From: Ministeria vibrans ATCC 50519
Lineage: Eukaryota > Protista > Filasterea
DNA length: 64,000 nucleotides
Assembly (NCBI GenBank): GCA_943704425.1
Contig: CALSCP010001725.1
Location: forward strand, 55,460 to 119,459
Reading direction: 5' to 3'
Below the pieces are notes generated by a model, which searched no databases, was not told the DNA's origin, and saw only the letters and a program-made list of their open reading frames with translations. The position numbers were made by a program, and so were the translations under genes. Below are positions 25,601-42,149 of the stretch, in pieces; within the stretch, counting starts at the first letter, position 1; each line of letters starts with the position of its first letter.

Positions 25601-28600
25601 TCATCTGGCACAATAGCATCCGCAAAGACGACAATTTCGTCATTGTCAAGCGAAGGACTTGATGCGAAAGCGGTTGTGGCACGACATGCGCATCTCAAGC
25701 CGAGCACCTCGTCGTCGCGTCGTCGCTCCTACTCCCTGTCCGACGTCAATGTTTTTTCCACGCGCGCCAAGTACTTTCGCATTGCCAACTTTGCGCAGTC
25801 TATTCGGAATGCGTCATTTGAGGACATGCTCACGCGCAACAAGGTGTTTGTACGTCGCCTGCAGGAGTTTCACGATCGCAGTGCGGAGGCGAACGAAGTT
25901 GACATTGCCAAGCGTATCGAGTCACTGCTTTTTATCATCTCACCGTGTTGTCGTCTGGTGGAGTACATTCGCACGCGAATGCCCATGGAGGAAGATGACG
26001 AAGAGGTCGAGTACGACGATGACGACGAAGACGAAGACGAGACCGAGTACGAAGTGGACGACGAAGACGAAGAGGAGGTGTTTGAGAGTGACACTGATCG
26101 AACTGTTCCAAACGCTCTCTCTACCACCGCCCCCACCACCTCTACCATCACCACTACAACAGCAACAACAATAACAACGACAACTCCCACAACACCTCCC
26201 CCCAGCCCATCCACTGGTGTCTCAGCCATCCCTACATACGCTGCCATTGTCGCGCGCAGCAGTGCCCACGCCAACAAAAAGGAGCGCCTTGGGGCTTCCC
26301 GCTTTCCCCGCTCCACTTCCATCATCTTTGGTCTCAACGCAGCCGCATCAAACACCGTTTCGGCTGCTGATCTTCTCTCCACTGCCACACGCGACCCATA
26401 TGAGCCACAACCTATCGTCAGCACAAGCCGCGTGCATGGCCTATCCTCCCCCTCCTCTGCGCACCCGTTCTCGCTCCTGTCGTATGCCTCACAGGCACAC
26501 ACTCTCCCCTCCACTGACAACAATAACATCACCACCACCACCACCACCAACAACAATAAGGGCATTGCCTCTGCGGACTCTGCCTCTGCCACCACTGCAC
26601 CTTCTGTGAGCCTGTCACCCGGTCCACCGACCGACGCCTCAGACGACTTTGACAAGCACAGCATCCACAGTCAGATCTCACTGCCCTCTCTCGCTCGCAT
26701 TCTCCGTCTCTCCACCACCGACAAGGCAAGTGGCAATGTACCTATAAATGACGGCACCGACGACTCTACGATCACCACCGAACGTCACACAGGGTTGCCG
26801 ACCACTGCATCGTCGTCTGCATCGTCGCCCGTCGAACGTGTGGCCAGCAGTGCCTCGCTCACAACTCCCATGAGTATCCCGGATGGCCTTCGCCGCGATT
26901 CGTCCGATTTCTCAACTGTACGCACCCAGCTGGACTTTGGTGATGATGGCGAGGACGACAGTGAAACTGTCGCCGCATCGCACGCAGTTCCTGACGATGC
27001 AACCGAGCACGATGCCACTACGGCAGCGACCTCTCGCTCGTCCTCCTTTGTGGGTTCGGATCTCAGCGAGGAGACTGTGGATCATCTGATTGCACTGCGC
27101 AACTTTCAGCTTATGTACGCGGGCGTACCACACGAGCCTACCACGAGTGATCTCGAAGAAGAGTTTAGCAGCGGTGACAGTGACAATGGAGCGGCGGCCG
27201 GTGATTGCGATTTGGACTTGGACGATATAGACGACATCGACTCGTTATTGTATCGCGAAGCGCGCAAAATCCCAATTGCACCAACTCAGTCGTCACTGTT
27301 GCTCAGTCGACTTACGGGCGCAAGCGCGAGTACGTCAAGTCTTGTCGGTGACAATGTTGCTTCGTCGTCGTCGGCGCTTTCTCTGTCATCCGCGTCGCTT
27401 GCCGATGTCATGGGTGTGTCGACACCGAGCGAGCTGGCAGGTCGCAGTCGCAGCAACACCATCGACAGTGACTCGGACGGACGCCCATCGCCGCGTGTCG
27501 CCCGGTCGCCCAAGGCGAGTCTTAGCTCGGCAGCGCGCGTTCTTCAGTGTCTCTACTGTCGTCAAGTGGTCAATGTAGTGGCACTTGAGGAGCACGCTCG
27601 CAACTGCAGTGCCTTCTCATCGGACCTCTCGCAGAGTATGCAGTTTGAGCGAGGCTTTGCTGTGCGCCATCACAAGAGCAAGTTGGACGTGGACGGCCAT
27701 GTGTTGTTGCGACGCATCGAGCTAATTTACACGGCCATTTTTGAGGCGTTGCGCTCACGCATTGGCAAGGCTCAAGACACATCGCTACTTTTGTGTGTGC
27801 GGACGCTCGCGGAGTGGAATGCCGTGGTGGAATTGCACCCGTGTTTTAATTCACGAGGTGAAGAGGTGGACATGAAGGGGGTGAAGGTGGAGAGAGAGCA
27901 ACGAGAAGGGGAGGGAGTGGGTGACGAAGGGATGGGCAGCAACAGCAAGAGGGTAAAGAAGACGAGCAAGGCGAAAAAGTCGAAAAGAAGCTCACAGTAC
28001 GCCAGTGGCACACAACCATTGGATGAAGATGAGCTGTCGTCAGCTGTGCCTCCCTGGGCACTCACTACTACTGAGAACAGTAGTCACAATCTTTCGCCTC
28101 GTCCGGCGACGGCAGTGCCCCAGCGCTCCAGCTCTTCACCACTTTCGTCCAACATCTCCTACTCTGCGACCTCTCTTGCCTCCGTCACTTCCGACTCATC
28201 TCGGCTCGTTTCCGCCAGCGCAAGCGCGACATCTTTGTCGCGTCCCTCGCTGCGCTCGGCCAAGTCTATGCCATCCAACCTTGTGCGTCGCTCATCGTCC
28301 TCTGCCTCCTCATCGCCTGTCTCGACGTCCACCTCCTCTAGCAGTCTGTTGCTCGCGACGCGTCTTGGCAACGCACGAGTGCCTGTGCTGCCTATGTTTG
28401 CGCAACTGATGCGTTCGGCGGACACGGAGCGACAGATTGAGATTCGCAACGTGTGCCAGGCGTTGCGCGAGCGGGTGATTATGCGTTCGTTTGTGACGCT
28501 CATGCGCACACCCACCATTGGTGTGGAGATCAAGACGCGTCGGTGGATTCTGCGGCAGTACAAGGACTGCTTTGTGGCACGCGATGCCATATCGTGGCTC

Positions 28601-30141
28601 ATTATGACGCTGGGACTGGGCACGGATGTGAGCAACAAACTGTTGCGTGCGACGGCGCGCGAGCTCGGGCAGTATATGCTTGAGAACAAGTGCATTGTGC
28701 ACGCCGTGTCACGCCCCGCCTTTGACGACGGCTACTACTTTTACAAATTCAACGTGAACTTTGGTGTGCACACGGTAACGCCCACTAAGACGTCGCGTAC
28801 ACTGTCTGCTTCCACGGCAAGCAGTGGCGGCTTTAGCAGCGTTGCCGTCACGACCCCACCGCCCGTCATGGCGCACGTGCCACTGGTTTCTGCGTCAGCG
28901 TCGCCGACAACGACGGCGCGCTCCAAGGGAGCTGCGCCTGCGTGTCTGCTGAGCGACGAAGACGATGACCTATTGATTCTTGAGAACATTGTCACCGCCG
29001 TTTACAATTCGCTGTGGCAGCCGGTCACACTACAGAGTCTGGCCATGTTTGAGTTTTACGAGGATGTCCTTGCGGGTGTGCTCTCACGACACTCTGCCTG
29101 GTCTGACACGACCGTTTTTGCCACTCCCCTCTCGGCATGCATGCGAGACTTGGTGCTTGAGATGCGTGCGTGGCTCGACTCGCAGCACCGGCTTGAGCAG
29201 CAACAGCGCCAGCGCCAGCAACAACAGCCACTGAAATCGTCGTCGTCCGTGGCTCTTGCGACCCCTCCGGTTCTCTACGATCGCTCGACTTCACCGCACG
29301 CCGCCCTGTCGCGCTCCAACAGCTCCCTTGAGACGCCTCTTACTTCACCTCAACATCAAGTCTCACCGACGTCCTCCTACGCACGTGGCACTTTGCAGCA
29401 ACAGTCTCCGTTGCGCGCTGTGGCCGAGACTGAGGCGCCCATGGCGAGCATTTCCGATTTTGACATCATCAAGCCAATCAGTGGTGGTGCGTTTGGCAAA
29501 GTATACCTGGCGCGCAAGTTGACGACTAAGAGCGGCCAGAGTGAGCTGTTCGCTATCAAGATCATCCGCAAGGCGGACATGGTCAAGAAGAACATGGTGA
29601 ACCAGGTGCAGATGGAGCGCGATGCGCTCGCGACGAGCAACAACCCCTTCATTGTGCGCCTTTTCTACAGCTTCCAAAGCACATACAATCTTTATCTGGT
29701 GATGGAGTATCTTACCGGAGGCGATTTGGGCTCGGCACTACTGTCGCTGGGTCAGTTTGACGAGCCCATGGCACAGTTTTACTGCTCGGAAATGGCCCTT
29801 GCTTTGGACTATCTGCACGCTCACGACATTGTGCACCGGGACATCAAGCCGGACAACGTGCTGGTGACGGCTCAGGGACACATCAAACTGACTGATTTTG
29901 GGCTGTCGCGTGTCACACCCGGCAGCAGTGGCAGCAACAACAATGGTAGTGGCGGTGGGGGGCGCAGGCGGATGGACAACGCAGAGAGTGTGATGCCAAC
30001 GCCCGTGTCCGCACGCACTTTGTTTGTCAGGACACCAGGCCAGGTAAAGGATAATAGAGAGAGAAATGAGGGAGGGAGGGAGAGAGAAAACGCAAAGTGT
30101 TCAGAGAAAGGAGGGAGAAAGAAACAAAGTGATAACGAGAG

Positions 30142-30194
<53 letters not shown>

Positions 30195-30245
30195 CAGAAG
30201 AAACAACGTGATAGAGAGAGAGAGAGGAGAGAGGAGAGAGAGGGA

Positions 30246-30277
<32 letters not shown>

Positions 30278-30929
30278 TAATGATGATATAAATCATGGTG
30301 CTGTAGGAGCGGTCAATGAAAACCAAGTTTGTGATGGAGACGCCGTCGAGGTATGGCAGTGAGATGGCACTGAACATGCCGGAGACACCTGCAGTGGTGC
30401 GCCACCGCCACACTGACAAGGACACGCCTGATGATGATGAAGAAAACGACGATGGTGGTGGTGGTGGTGGGGGTGGCGATGGTGGTACTATGCTCCTGCC
30501 AAAGACACCGCAGCAGAGAGAACGTGAGTCGCGCAAAGCGTGCATTCCCGGCACGCCAGATTATCTTGCGCCTGAACTGCTGCTTGGCATTGAACACGGT
30601 ACTGGCTCATTTGTGACTTTGTGGATGCACACATAAATTATACTAATGGACGCTGCACACGTAGGACCGGCTGTGGACTGGTGGTCTCTTGGAGTGTGTC
30701 TCTATGAGTTTCTGGTGGGGATTCCACCGTTTCACGATGAGACTGAGGAGGCGGTCTTCCGGAACATTCTCAATCGTGATATTTCATGGCCGTCCGTTCC
30801 GCAGGTCAGTTAAAAGAATGAAGATGAGCATTGCGAGGAGTGAGCGAGTGTGCAGTGTGAGAGTGTGCAACAAGTGACATGAAAAAGGGAGGACTGAGAG
30901 AGAAAGAGATAAAGGAGGGAGAAACAACG

Positions 30930-31015
<86 letters not shown>

Positions 31016-31664
31016 GGGAGTAACAAAGAGTGACAGAGAGAAACGAGGGAGAAACAAGTGATACAAGTGATAGAGAGAGAGAGAGAGCGCGCGCATGAGT
31101 ATGTCTCATACTAAATGTCTCATCGACAAAATATGTCTGACTGTTGTGCGTTTGTTGTGTTTGCCTCTAATGTGTTTTTGTGATGTGTTTGTTTTGGTGA
31201 TGTGTGTAGGACATGTCGAGTGCAGCGCAGGATGTCATTGGCCGTCTTTTGTCACCTCGCATTGCATGCCGTCCCGACCTTGAAGGTATTGATTGTGTAC
31301 ATGATATGTGTGGGTAAGTCTGAAATATGTCTCGCTCGGTGTGTTTTGTGCAGTTTTGAAGGAAAGCGAGTTTTTTGCTGGAATTGACTGGGAACATGTG
31401 ATTGAGAAGGAAGCGCCGTTTGTGCCAATGACCGACTCATTTGAAGACACAAGTTACTTTGATGGTACTCGCCAAAACAACCTTGAATTAGTGTATATAT
31501 ATATTTGTGTGTGTGTATGTGATTGTGGTTCTATGTGATTGATTGCGACTCAATTTGTATTGTGTTTTTGAAACTCGTTTCTCTCATTCATTTTAGCTCG
31601 TAACGAAGCTCACGGAATCCGACTGTCAAGGTTCATGGTTCCAAATCCTAAACCAACCATTTAA
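24680..31664 (+). CDS. MASTL: Greatwall/MASTL-family AGC kinase with long N-terminal extension (IRE/MAST-like helix, C2HC finger, DEP domain)
   Basis: [40 protein letters not shown], a long insert, then [21 protein letters not shown] and APFVP...DTSYFDARN.AH....S.F (Greatwall-type tail). Upstream lie CLYC..x10..H...C and a DEP domain ([24 protein letters not shown]...LGQYML...F.DGYYFYKF). Confidence 0.85.
30933..31090. repeat. (AG)n microsatellite with AAGTGATA units, intronic
   Basis: Visible repeat. Confidence 0.9.
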
Positions 31665-31819
31665 CTTATTTTGTACATACCAAACTTTCTATCTTCTACT
31701 CGGCTCGTTATCGAAAAGAAAGAGTGTGCGTGTATGACAGAGGCCACAAACCACACAATGATGCATTAATATAATAACCATAATAAGAAAATAAATAGAT
31801 AATCGAGAGCTGTTTTAAT

Positions 31820-31865
<46 letters not shown>
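31820..31865. repeat. (AAT)n microsatellite between convergent genes
   Basis: Visible repeat. Confidence 0.9.
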
Positions 31866-31867
<2 letters not shown>

Positions 31868-31940
31868 GTCTTATTATTATTAATTGTAGTTCTGAATATA
31901 GAATAAAAACAATCGAATGGGAGTTGCAATAGTAAAAAAA

Positions 31941-33282
31941 TCAGTAGCGTTCTTGCACGTGACGGCGGTACTGCGGGCCGTTTCCATAAAACTGCTGATT
32001 CATTTCACCTGAAACACAAAAAAAGAGTTGAAAAATTATGTGAGACATGTTTTTTTTTTTTGTGTGTGTGTGTACTTTTTAGGAGTGTTTCGCGTTCTTC
32101 GTCTCTCTTTCGTGCTTTCCCAATGGCACATGCAAGAGCCAATGAAAACAGCACACTCAGTACTTGAATGACAGCCGCAGAAATACCAGTGCCCTCAATG
32201 ATCTGTACAAAGTAAGGAGCGAGTGAGTGTGAGTGAGAGAGCTTGAGAATGCCTTACTTTGATGTTTTTGAGAATGTCGTGCTTGATTGCGTTGTAACAC
32301 CCATCGGCGTAATGGGATGCTGGGCCTTGTACGGGCGGTTTGCACACGTTTCCGGCGTCGTACACAAGATCTACAGTCAAAATTTCACACCTACTCTCTT
32401 TGAACTTGTTGGCTGCTACCCGTGTTGTTGTAGAAGCCGCAGCACTTGAATGACTGTTGGAGTTGGTTGCGTGTTGCCGTGTTGGACTGTTGCCATCCCT
32501 TGTGCAGGTCAGGGCCGATCTTGTCGCGGTATTCATAAGCAAGAATTCCTAATAAGAAAAAATTAATATTATTATACGAATATTAGTGCGCACAATAATA
32601 AAAATATGTGTCGGACATTCGACCGTTTCTTTTTTTTCGTACCAGCGGTAATTTCAGCAATGACAAGAATGGTGAGAAGGGTAAAGTAGGTGTAGAGGGC
32701 ACACTTGCTCTCTCGGCGGGCGCCGCAGCAGCCGAGGAGGGAGAAGAGGACGGCAAAGGCACCGAGAGCGACAAGGGCTACGGGGCAGCATCAGAGTCAG
32801 CGTGCAGCTGGTGCACAGGAGGCCGGGGAAGGCCGCACGGGCGGACACGCGGTCGTGGGGGGGCGAGGGAGAGCGAGAGAGAGGAGGAAGGAGGTCACGG
32901 GGATTGTACCGAAACGACAGACTCTGACGTTTGCGCCACAACACACACCACATTGGTCTTTTCAATGCGCATTCGGAAGGAAGGGGAGGGGGAGGGGGGA
33001 TGTGCAGCACAGGCAGCGAGGAGAGGGGCGGCGGACGCGTGCGACGTACCCCAGGCGGCATTGAACGAGCTGAGCTGAGTGACTGGGCCGCGCGTCATCG
33101 CATAGATGGCCAGGCCGATGATGGCAAGACCCATGACCTGCGGGGAGGAGGAGGAGGAGGGGCGTCAGGGGGCGGCGGATGGCGTGCTGTGGCGGATGGC
33201 GTCGTACGAAGAAGATGAAGTTGAACAGCATCAACAGAAACTTGACGAATTTGTCGCAGCCTGACAGGCTGTTGAGGCCCAT
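31941..33282 (-). CDS. Tetraspanin, multi-exon
   Basis: C.KFVKFLLMLFNFIFF (TM1), LLGCCGA.RESKC.L..YF, large extracellular loop with QQSFKCCG ... C ... GC, and TM4 with VIQVLS. Confidence 0.9.
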
Positions 33283-33723
33283 GGTGGAATAGAGTCAGGA
33301 AAGAGGGTAGTAAATATGAAAATATGAAATGATTATTGAATCAATGCATTTTGAATATTTTCAAATTCCAATTTGCGACTCTTGCGTGATTTCAATTAAT
33401 CGCGCTAGAAGTGAGAATTGAAAAGACGTAATGATAATTGAGGAATGTGGAATATTGTGGATCGCAATCGCATTCAAAGATCTTGACGTCGCCTGTGCGC
33501 GAGAGGCGGAGCACAAGACATGTTGAGCTGAATGAGCTCAAACTAATCGCAAAGCTCGCTCGGTTCGTTCTGACACAATGGCGAGCTTCCGGGTCGACCG
33601 ACAATGGTCCCAAGCAACGGAGGCCCCTCGATCGACAAGTTGGCGTCCAATGCCTAATATTGTTTGTTTGTTTTTGTACATGATGAATACAGAAGAAAAG
33701 GCAATACCACAACAACAATAATA

Positions 33724-35638
33724 TTAAGTCAGGAGTATTCCATAAACACTCAGCGCCAATCCTGTACATCCAATCAGAAGCAAAACCTATAAAAACAACA
33801 AGGAAAGAATAAGTTTCCAAGTCACAAGAATAATGGAAGATTGAGTCTCACTTGACTCACACTCAGTCACACACACACTCACCTCTCTCTCTCTCTCTTT
33901 CTGTGCATTTCTACATTAGCCGGTGAATGTAGACTGTTTGTGTGCGACGGACTGATTTGGCGGAAAAGCAGAGCCGGAATGAAAAAGAAAAAAATTGTGG
34001 CAACGGAAGATCCTACAACCCCATAAACAAAACAAAAACAGATAGAGACGTCTTAATCAATTTCTCCCAATTTAGTCGAGATTTTTTTTTTACCATTTAA
34101 AAATAGGAGAAACTGAATTTCCGGAATGAGAATTGCAATTCCCACACAGAACGATAGAATGCCAAATGAAGAAACATAATGCGCTCTGACATTGTTCTAA
34201 AATCGAAAGAGTGAAAAATAATGATAATGATAATGCCACAACACTCAATTAATATGGTCTTTGTGTTGTTACGAGAGAGAGAGACAGAATGGAAAACAGA
34301 GCAAATCGGATGGGAAATATCAATAAGGGAATTGCAAAGATTCCGGTGAGACAGAACACTGCAAAATAAAAATGATTATTAATAAGAATTTTAATATATT
34401 GAGCGTCCGTTTTGTTTTCTTGACCGATTTTGAGAGTGAGCTGAAAAGACGAATCGGCCGAAAGAGAATTGAGAATGTCGCCAGAGATTGGATTCTGGAA
34501 GAACGCAAAGTACCCAAACAGTCCACTCTAAACCATTATTTGTCTCATATTATTATTATTATTATACTATTATGGTTTTGTGTCGCTTGTTTTGTCTTCT
34601 GACCGAAATGAAAAGAAACGAAACAAATTTGATTGATTTTCCCGTGACGTTTTCCAGCACAGCAAAGGAATGATCATTCAAAGTCGGAAGCACCGCAAAC
34701 AATTGCGGTTGACAGCTAAACATAAAATTTAGACGACACTATTTATTCTATTGTTTTTCCCTACCAAAATCCCATTGTGAAAATTGGAATAACTTTTGTA
34801 ATTCCACTCCACTGAACCCACACAATTGGGTGAGATTCGGTGTGGGAGCTAAAATAATTATGAGTAGGGTAAACATAAGAATGGAATAGCCATGAATGTT
34901 TGAAGGGGGTTCGGTTCGTACGAGTGATTTGCGAGAGAGAGGAGAGCGAGCACGAGCACGAAGAAGAAATTGAAGAAGAGTGCAAAGAGAGAGACCATCG
35001 AGAGAGCGGAAAGGTCGCGCAGGAGAGCCAAAGGAAGGGCAATGCAATAGGCGAGAAAGAGAAGCGTCGGAGTGCGCGTCTGTAGTGGATCGAGTCCTCT
35101 CCTGAGAATACGAGTGAGTGACAGTGTGCAATTTGCCACTTGACTGACCAGGCTTCAAAGACGGACGGAACGACATCACCGCTGATCACGAGAGCACCAA
35201 TGACTGAGCCGAGAAGGAGCAGCATGACGAGAATGTCGCACAAGGTCTTTCCGAGGGGGCCTGAGAGAATATGAAAATAGTGCATTGAGAGGGGTGTGTG
35301 TGGGTGGGTGGGTGTGCTAGTCGTACCGTACACGGCGCCCATCAGCTCCTGCAGCGAATTGAGCTTCTTGGTGTGTGCGCATCGAATGAGAAGACTCACA
35401 GAGTCGTGTGCAAGGTAGCACAAGACCAAGAGCAGCGCTGTGCCTGCACAGAGGAGGAGAGAGAGAGAGAAGGAAAGCGCGTGGGTTGAGACTCAGCGCC
35501 GTTTTAGCGAACGATACAATTTGTACCAAGAAGAACTCCACACTGAGCAAAGCAGTACGGCATAGCCAGAAGAGCCACACCAAGCATTGCTATTGCAAAG
35601 TTGATCGTCGTCAAGCGTTGCTCAGCAGCGGAGAGCAT
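33724..35638 (-). CDS. SLC38/Aa_trans amino-acid transporter (SLC38A10-like)
   Basis: INFAIAMLGVALLAMPYCFAQCGVLLG, G..GK, IALPLALLRDL.ALS.VS, FSCQPQLF, GVVGSSVATIFFFFIPALLF, and a final TM exon VLLLIGCTGLALSVYGILLT*. Confidence 0.85.
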
Positions 35639-35985
35639 CGTCGAAACAACCACAGACTAATTCCTAAAATATGCGAGTCGACCGCGAAAACAGAGCCCGC
35701 GTCTGAAAATGCAACAGTGAGTCGCACACGCCGTCTACTTGCTGCAGAACCACGCACAAAGGAAAGAACTGTAACAATAAATGATGTGACTTTGTAATTT
35801 TTATTTTTTTCACACGTTTATCAGAGTAATCATAATCATCATTTGATTGAGAATAACTTCTCATTTCTCAAATCTCAATCAAAACTTTTTTTTTTCGCGC
35901 ACTCTTTCGCCCCATCTCACTGGATTGCTCCATACTTAGGAGCGTGTGCTAAACAGATCACAAAACCCATCTCAATAGTCTCAAT

Positions 35986-36729
35986 ATGGTCCGAAATTAT
36001 TTTGTGCGATGGAATATTCCCTCACACAGTCATTCCTGTGCAGAAATTCCGGTTCTGTGGTGGTCTCGACTCGCCCGATTGGGTTCTGGCAGAAATCAGC
36101 ATCCTTAGCAAATTGGTATGTCTTCAAAATTGACTTGAAAGTGAAAAGAAAACTTCAGATTCTCAATGTCGCTTTGCACCGCTTTCCGCCCGCTGTAGAC
36201 CTCGGTGAAGATGAAGCTACTCTGTGTGCAGGTCATCAATGATATTACAGGCAAAGGAATCGACGTAAGAGTCTCGGGGAGTGGAAAATGGGCATTTGCT
36301 GAATCCATTGCATTTGTGTAGTACGAAAAAGTCTTCAAATTGGTCTCTGATGCAAAATACGGTGAGCGAAACATACGCATCATGTGGACACGCACACACT
36401 GACGCTGTGGTGTACGTAGAACTGTCGGACGTCAAGGCGGCCATTGCAGCGCTCATCTTCATCCTGAGCAACGCAGCCAAGCACGACTGTGACGCCGAGA
36501 CCCTCTCCAACGAACTGCAGCAGCTGGGTCTGCCCAAAGGTACCCGGCGCACGCCTCCTTCCCCGCCCACTCGCATCACACGCTGAAAACGGGAATGATC
36601 CTTCTAAACTTCCACAGAAAACACGACGAGCCTGTGCAAAGCGTATTCAGACGGCGTGTCAAAGCTCCAAAACAAATTCCGCGACGCGACACTCAGATGT
36701 AAAAGCACACACACAACACAACTCAACAC

Positions 36730-36805
<76 letters not shown>

Positions 36806-37200
36806 CACACACACACAAACTGATCCTTCGTGTTGCATGTGTAGTGAACCGACTGGAGAGTGTCGACTGGCGCGTGGATTACGTTATTGCCAGCAAACAG
36901 CTCAACTCAGTCGCTCGTCCGTCCGTTCACCTTCAACTCACCTCAAAAGACACTGTTAGTTTTGTTTGTTTTGCATTGTGTTTGGTTTGTTTTCCTCATG
37001 TTTGTGTCTCGTCTTTTTTCTTGTTCTGTTGTAGTGTTCTGACGCGTTGCAAACCAGTGCGTTTGAACTGACCAGTGATAAGTTTCGCGTGTTTTACAGT
37101 GGTAAGGGTTCTTTTTATTTTTCAGATCCACCACTGACTCTTGATTCTGTCTTTGTTGTTAGAGTTGAAACAGGCGCAAGAAATGATGCAGAATCTCTAA
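35986..37200 (+). CDS. COMMD4: COMM domain protein 4
   Basis: [75 protein letters not shown], and KFRV...ELKQAQ.MM. Confidence 0.95.
36732..36800. repeat. (AC)n microsatellite, intronic
   Basis: Visible repeat. Confidence 0.95.
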
Positions 37201-37409
37201 ACCTGTGACACTGACACAACAATACAACATACTATATGTCTTCGAATTTCTAGACTTTTTTGTGCGCTCGCTGTAAGAGCGCATTAACGTTTAACTGTAG
37301 GTCTAACGACGGCGGACGCTTCACTGGAGGTGGTCTGGAGGTGGTCTATCACAACTCATTTTTTCTTAATAATAAGAAAAATTTAACAATCATACTATTT
37401 TTATAATTC

Positions 37410-38693
37410 ATGTCACACCACGGCCAACACCATCATAGCGACCAGCAACATCATGGCGAAGACAAACGCCTATTAAAGTTGCGTGAGAGTTTTGCACGTT
37501 TGGACATTCCGAACCAAAAGGATTTTGTCAAATGGGCATTGCGAGACATATTCGAACGGGAACGGCAGACGGGCGACGACCAGCCGGTTGCTGTGGGCAC
37601 GGCCAAGGTCAGGGCAGCGCGGCATCTCTCCAATTGGCCTAGAAACACATTTTTATTTCGTGTTGCGATGAGTAGATTGACATTCAAAGCGGAATTGAAA
37701 CGATGAACAGAATTGCGGAGACGCTGCGCGGACGGCTGCCCCTCACAGCGATAGCCGACGACGAACGCATCACTCTGCCGTCTGACAGCGAGGAGTTTGC
37801 CGTAAGCGACAAAAACAAACGTATCCGAGACACACAGACAACTTTTGTGTGTTAGGATGCAACGGAGGACAATACAGTGCACGTTGATGCGTTTCTCTAT
37901 CCCGACGAGCTTGTGGACGATCTCTGTGACGAGGGGAAAATGAGGTATACAACGATGGGAGGGAAAATGTTCAACTAATCGTGCGTGCGATGTAGTCGTG
38001 CGTACTGTCTTGAGTGTGGCTCCAAGAACACCAAAATGCTCACGTTTGTGTCTCATTCCATGTCACACGAAGGAATCCGCTCGCTCTATGTCGACGTACG
38101 TAAACAGAAACTTCTTGTCAATTTGTATGATGAGAAGAGCACTCAACTTTTTTCTATTTTCAATTCGCCTGTTGTGATAGATGTTGCCAGATTTGACCGG
38201 GAAACATGTTGTGGATGTGGGCTCACGACTGGGCATTGTGTTGTTCGGCGCACAGGTGTACTCAAATGCAGCGCGTGCGACGGGGATTGAGCTGAGTGCC
38301 AGTCTGTGTGGGGTACAGGAGAAGCTGATTGGAGAGTATTCGGTCAAGGGACGTGCGGCGCTCTCTGTTGTCTGCGCCAATGTGTTGGACTGTGCGACGT
38401 TGCTTGCCTCGGCCGATGTGGTTGTGTTGAACAATGTGTTTCAGTTTTTTGCCAGTCGTGAGGAGCAGTTGCGACTGTGGATGTTTTTGCGGGCGACGCT
38501 CACACGACCCGGCTGCATTATTGTGAGTGTGCCGTCGTTGCGCGAGGCGCTGGACACGGCGCAAGTGGAGAGCCTTGTGCTTGACGAGTGGGTTGAGTGC
38601 ATCGGGGGTAGTGAAGGAGGCGAGGGTGAGGTGGAGGAGGAGAACGACGAGGACGAGGACGGGGATGATATACATGTGTATCTTGTACGATGA
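37410..38693 (+). CDS. Uncharacterised class I SAM-dependent methyltransferase with CxxC motif
   Basis: VHVDAFLYPDELVDDLCDEGKM.RAYCLECGS, motif I VVDVGSRLG, motif II GIELS, and post-motif DVVVLNNVFQFF. Confidence 0.75.
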
Positions 38694-38815
38694 ATGATTT
38701 CTTAAAAAATCAAGACTAAAATTTGAGATTAACGACTTTCGATTATCATAATAAAATAATAATAATTATTATTATTATCATTTTTGTTTGAACTATCTAC
38801 GTGCCACCAGCCACC

Positions 38816-41931
<3,116 letters not shown>

Positions 41932-41987
41932 CGTACATGTATTGTATCATTGTAAATCATTCTCTTCAGCAAGACAATTCTATAAAC

Positions 41988-42028
<41 letters not shown>

Positions 42029-42149
42029 TATATATATAATTATTGTGATGAGTTCCTTCTGAGTTGACAATCGCTCTCTGGCGAATTGACCGACGTAAAC
42101 AGATCAAAGAATCTTCTAATCTTTTCTCGTTCCTATTTCAACGGGTTTG

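Noticed and set aside
33300-33720. GC-richer intergenic patch as an ncRNA/snoRNA or 142-aa ORF
   Set aside because: No paired C/D boxes, tRNA fold or recognisable protein; probably the tetraspanin promoter plus SLC38 3' UTR.
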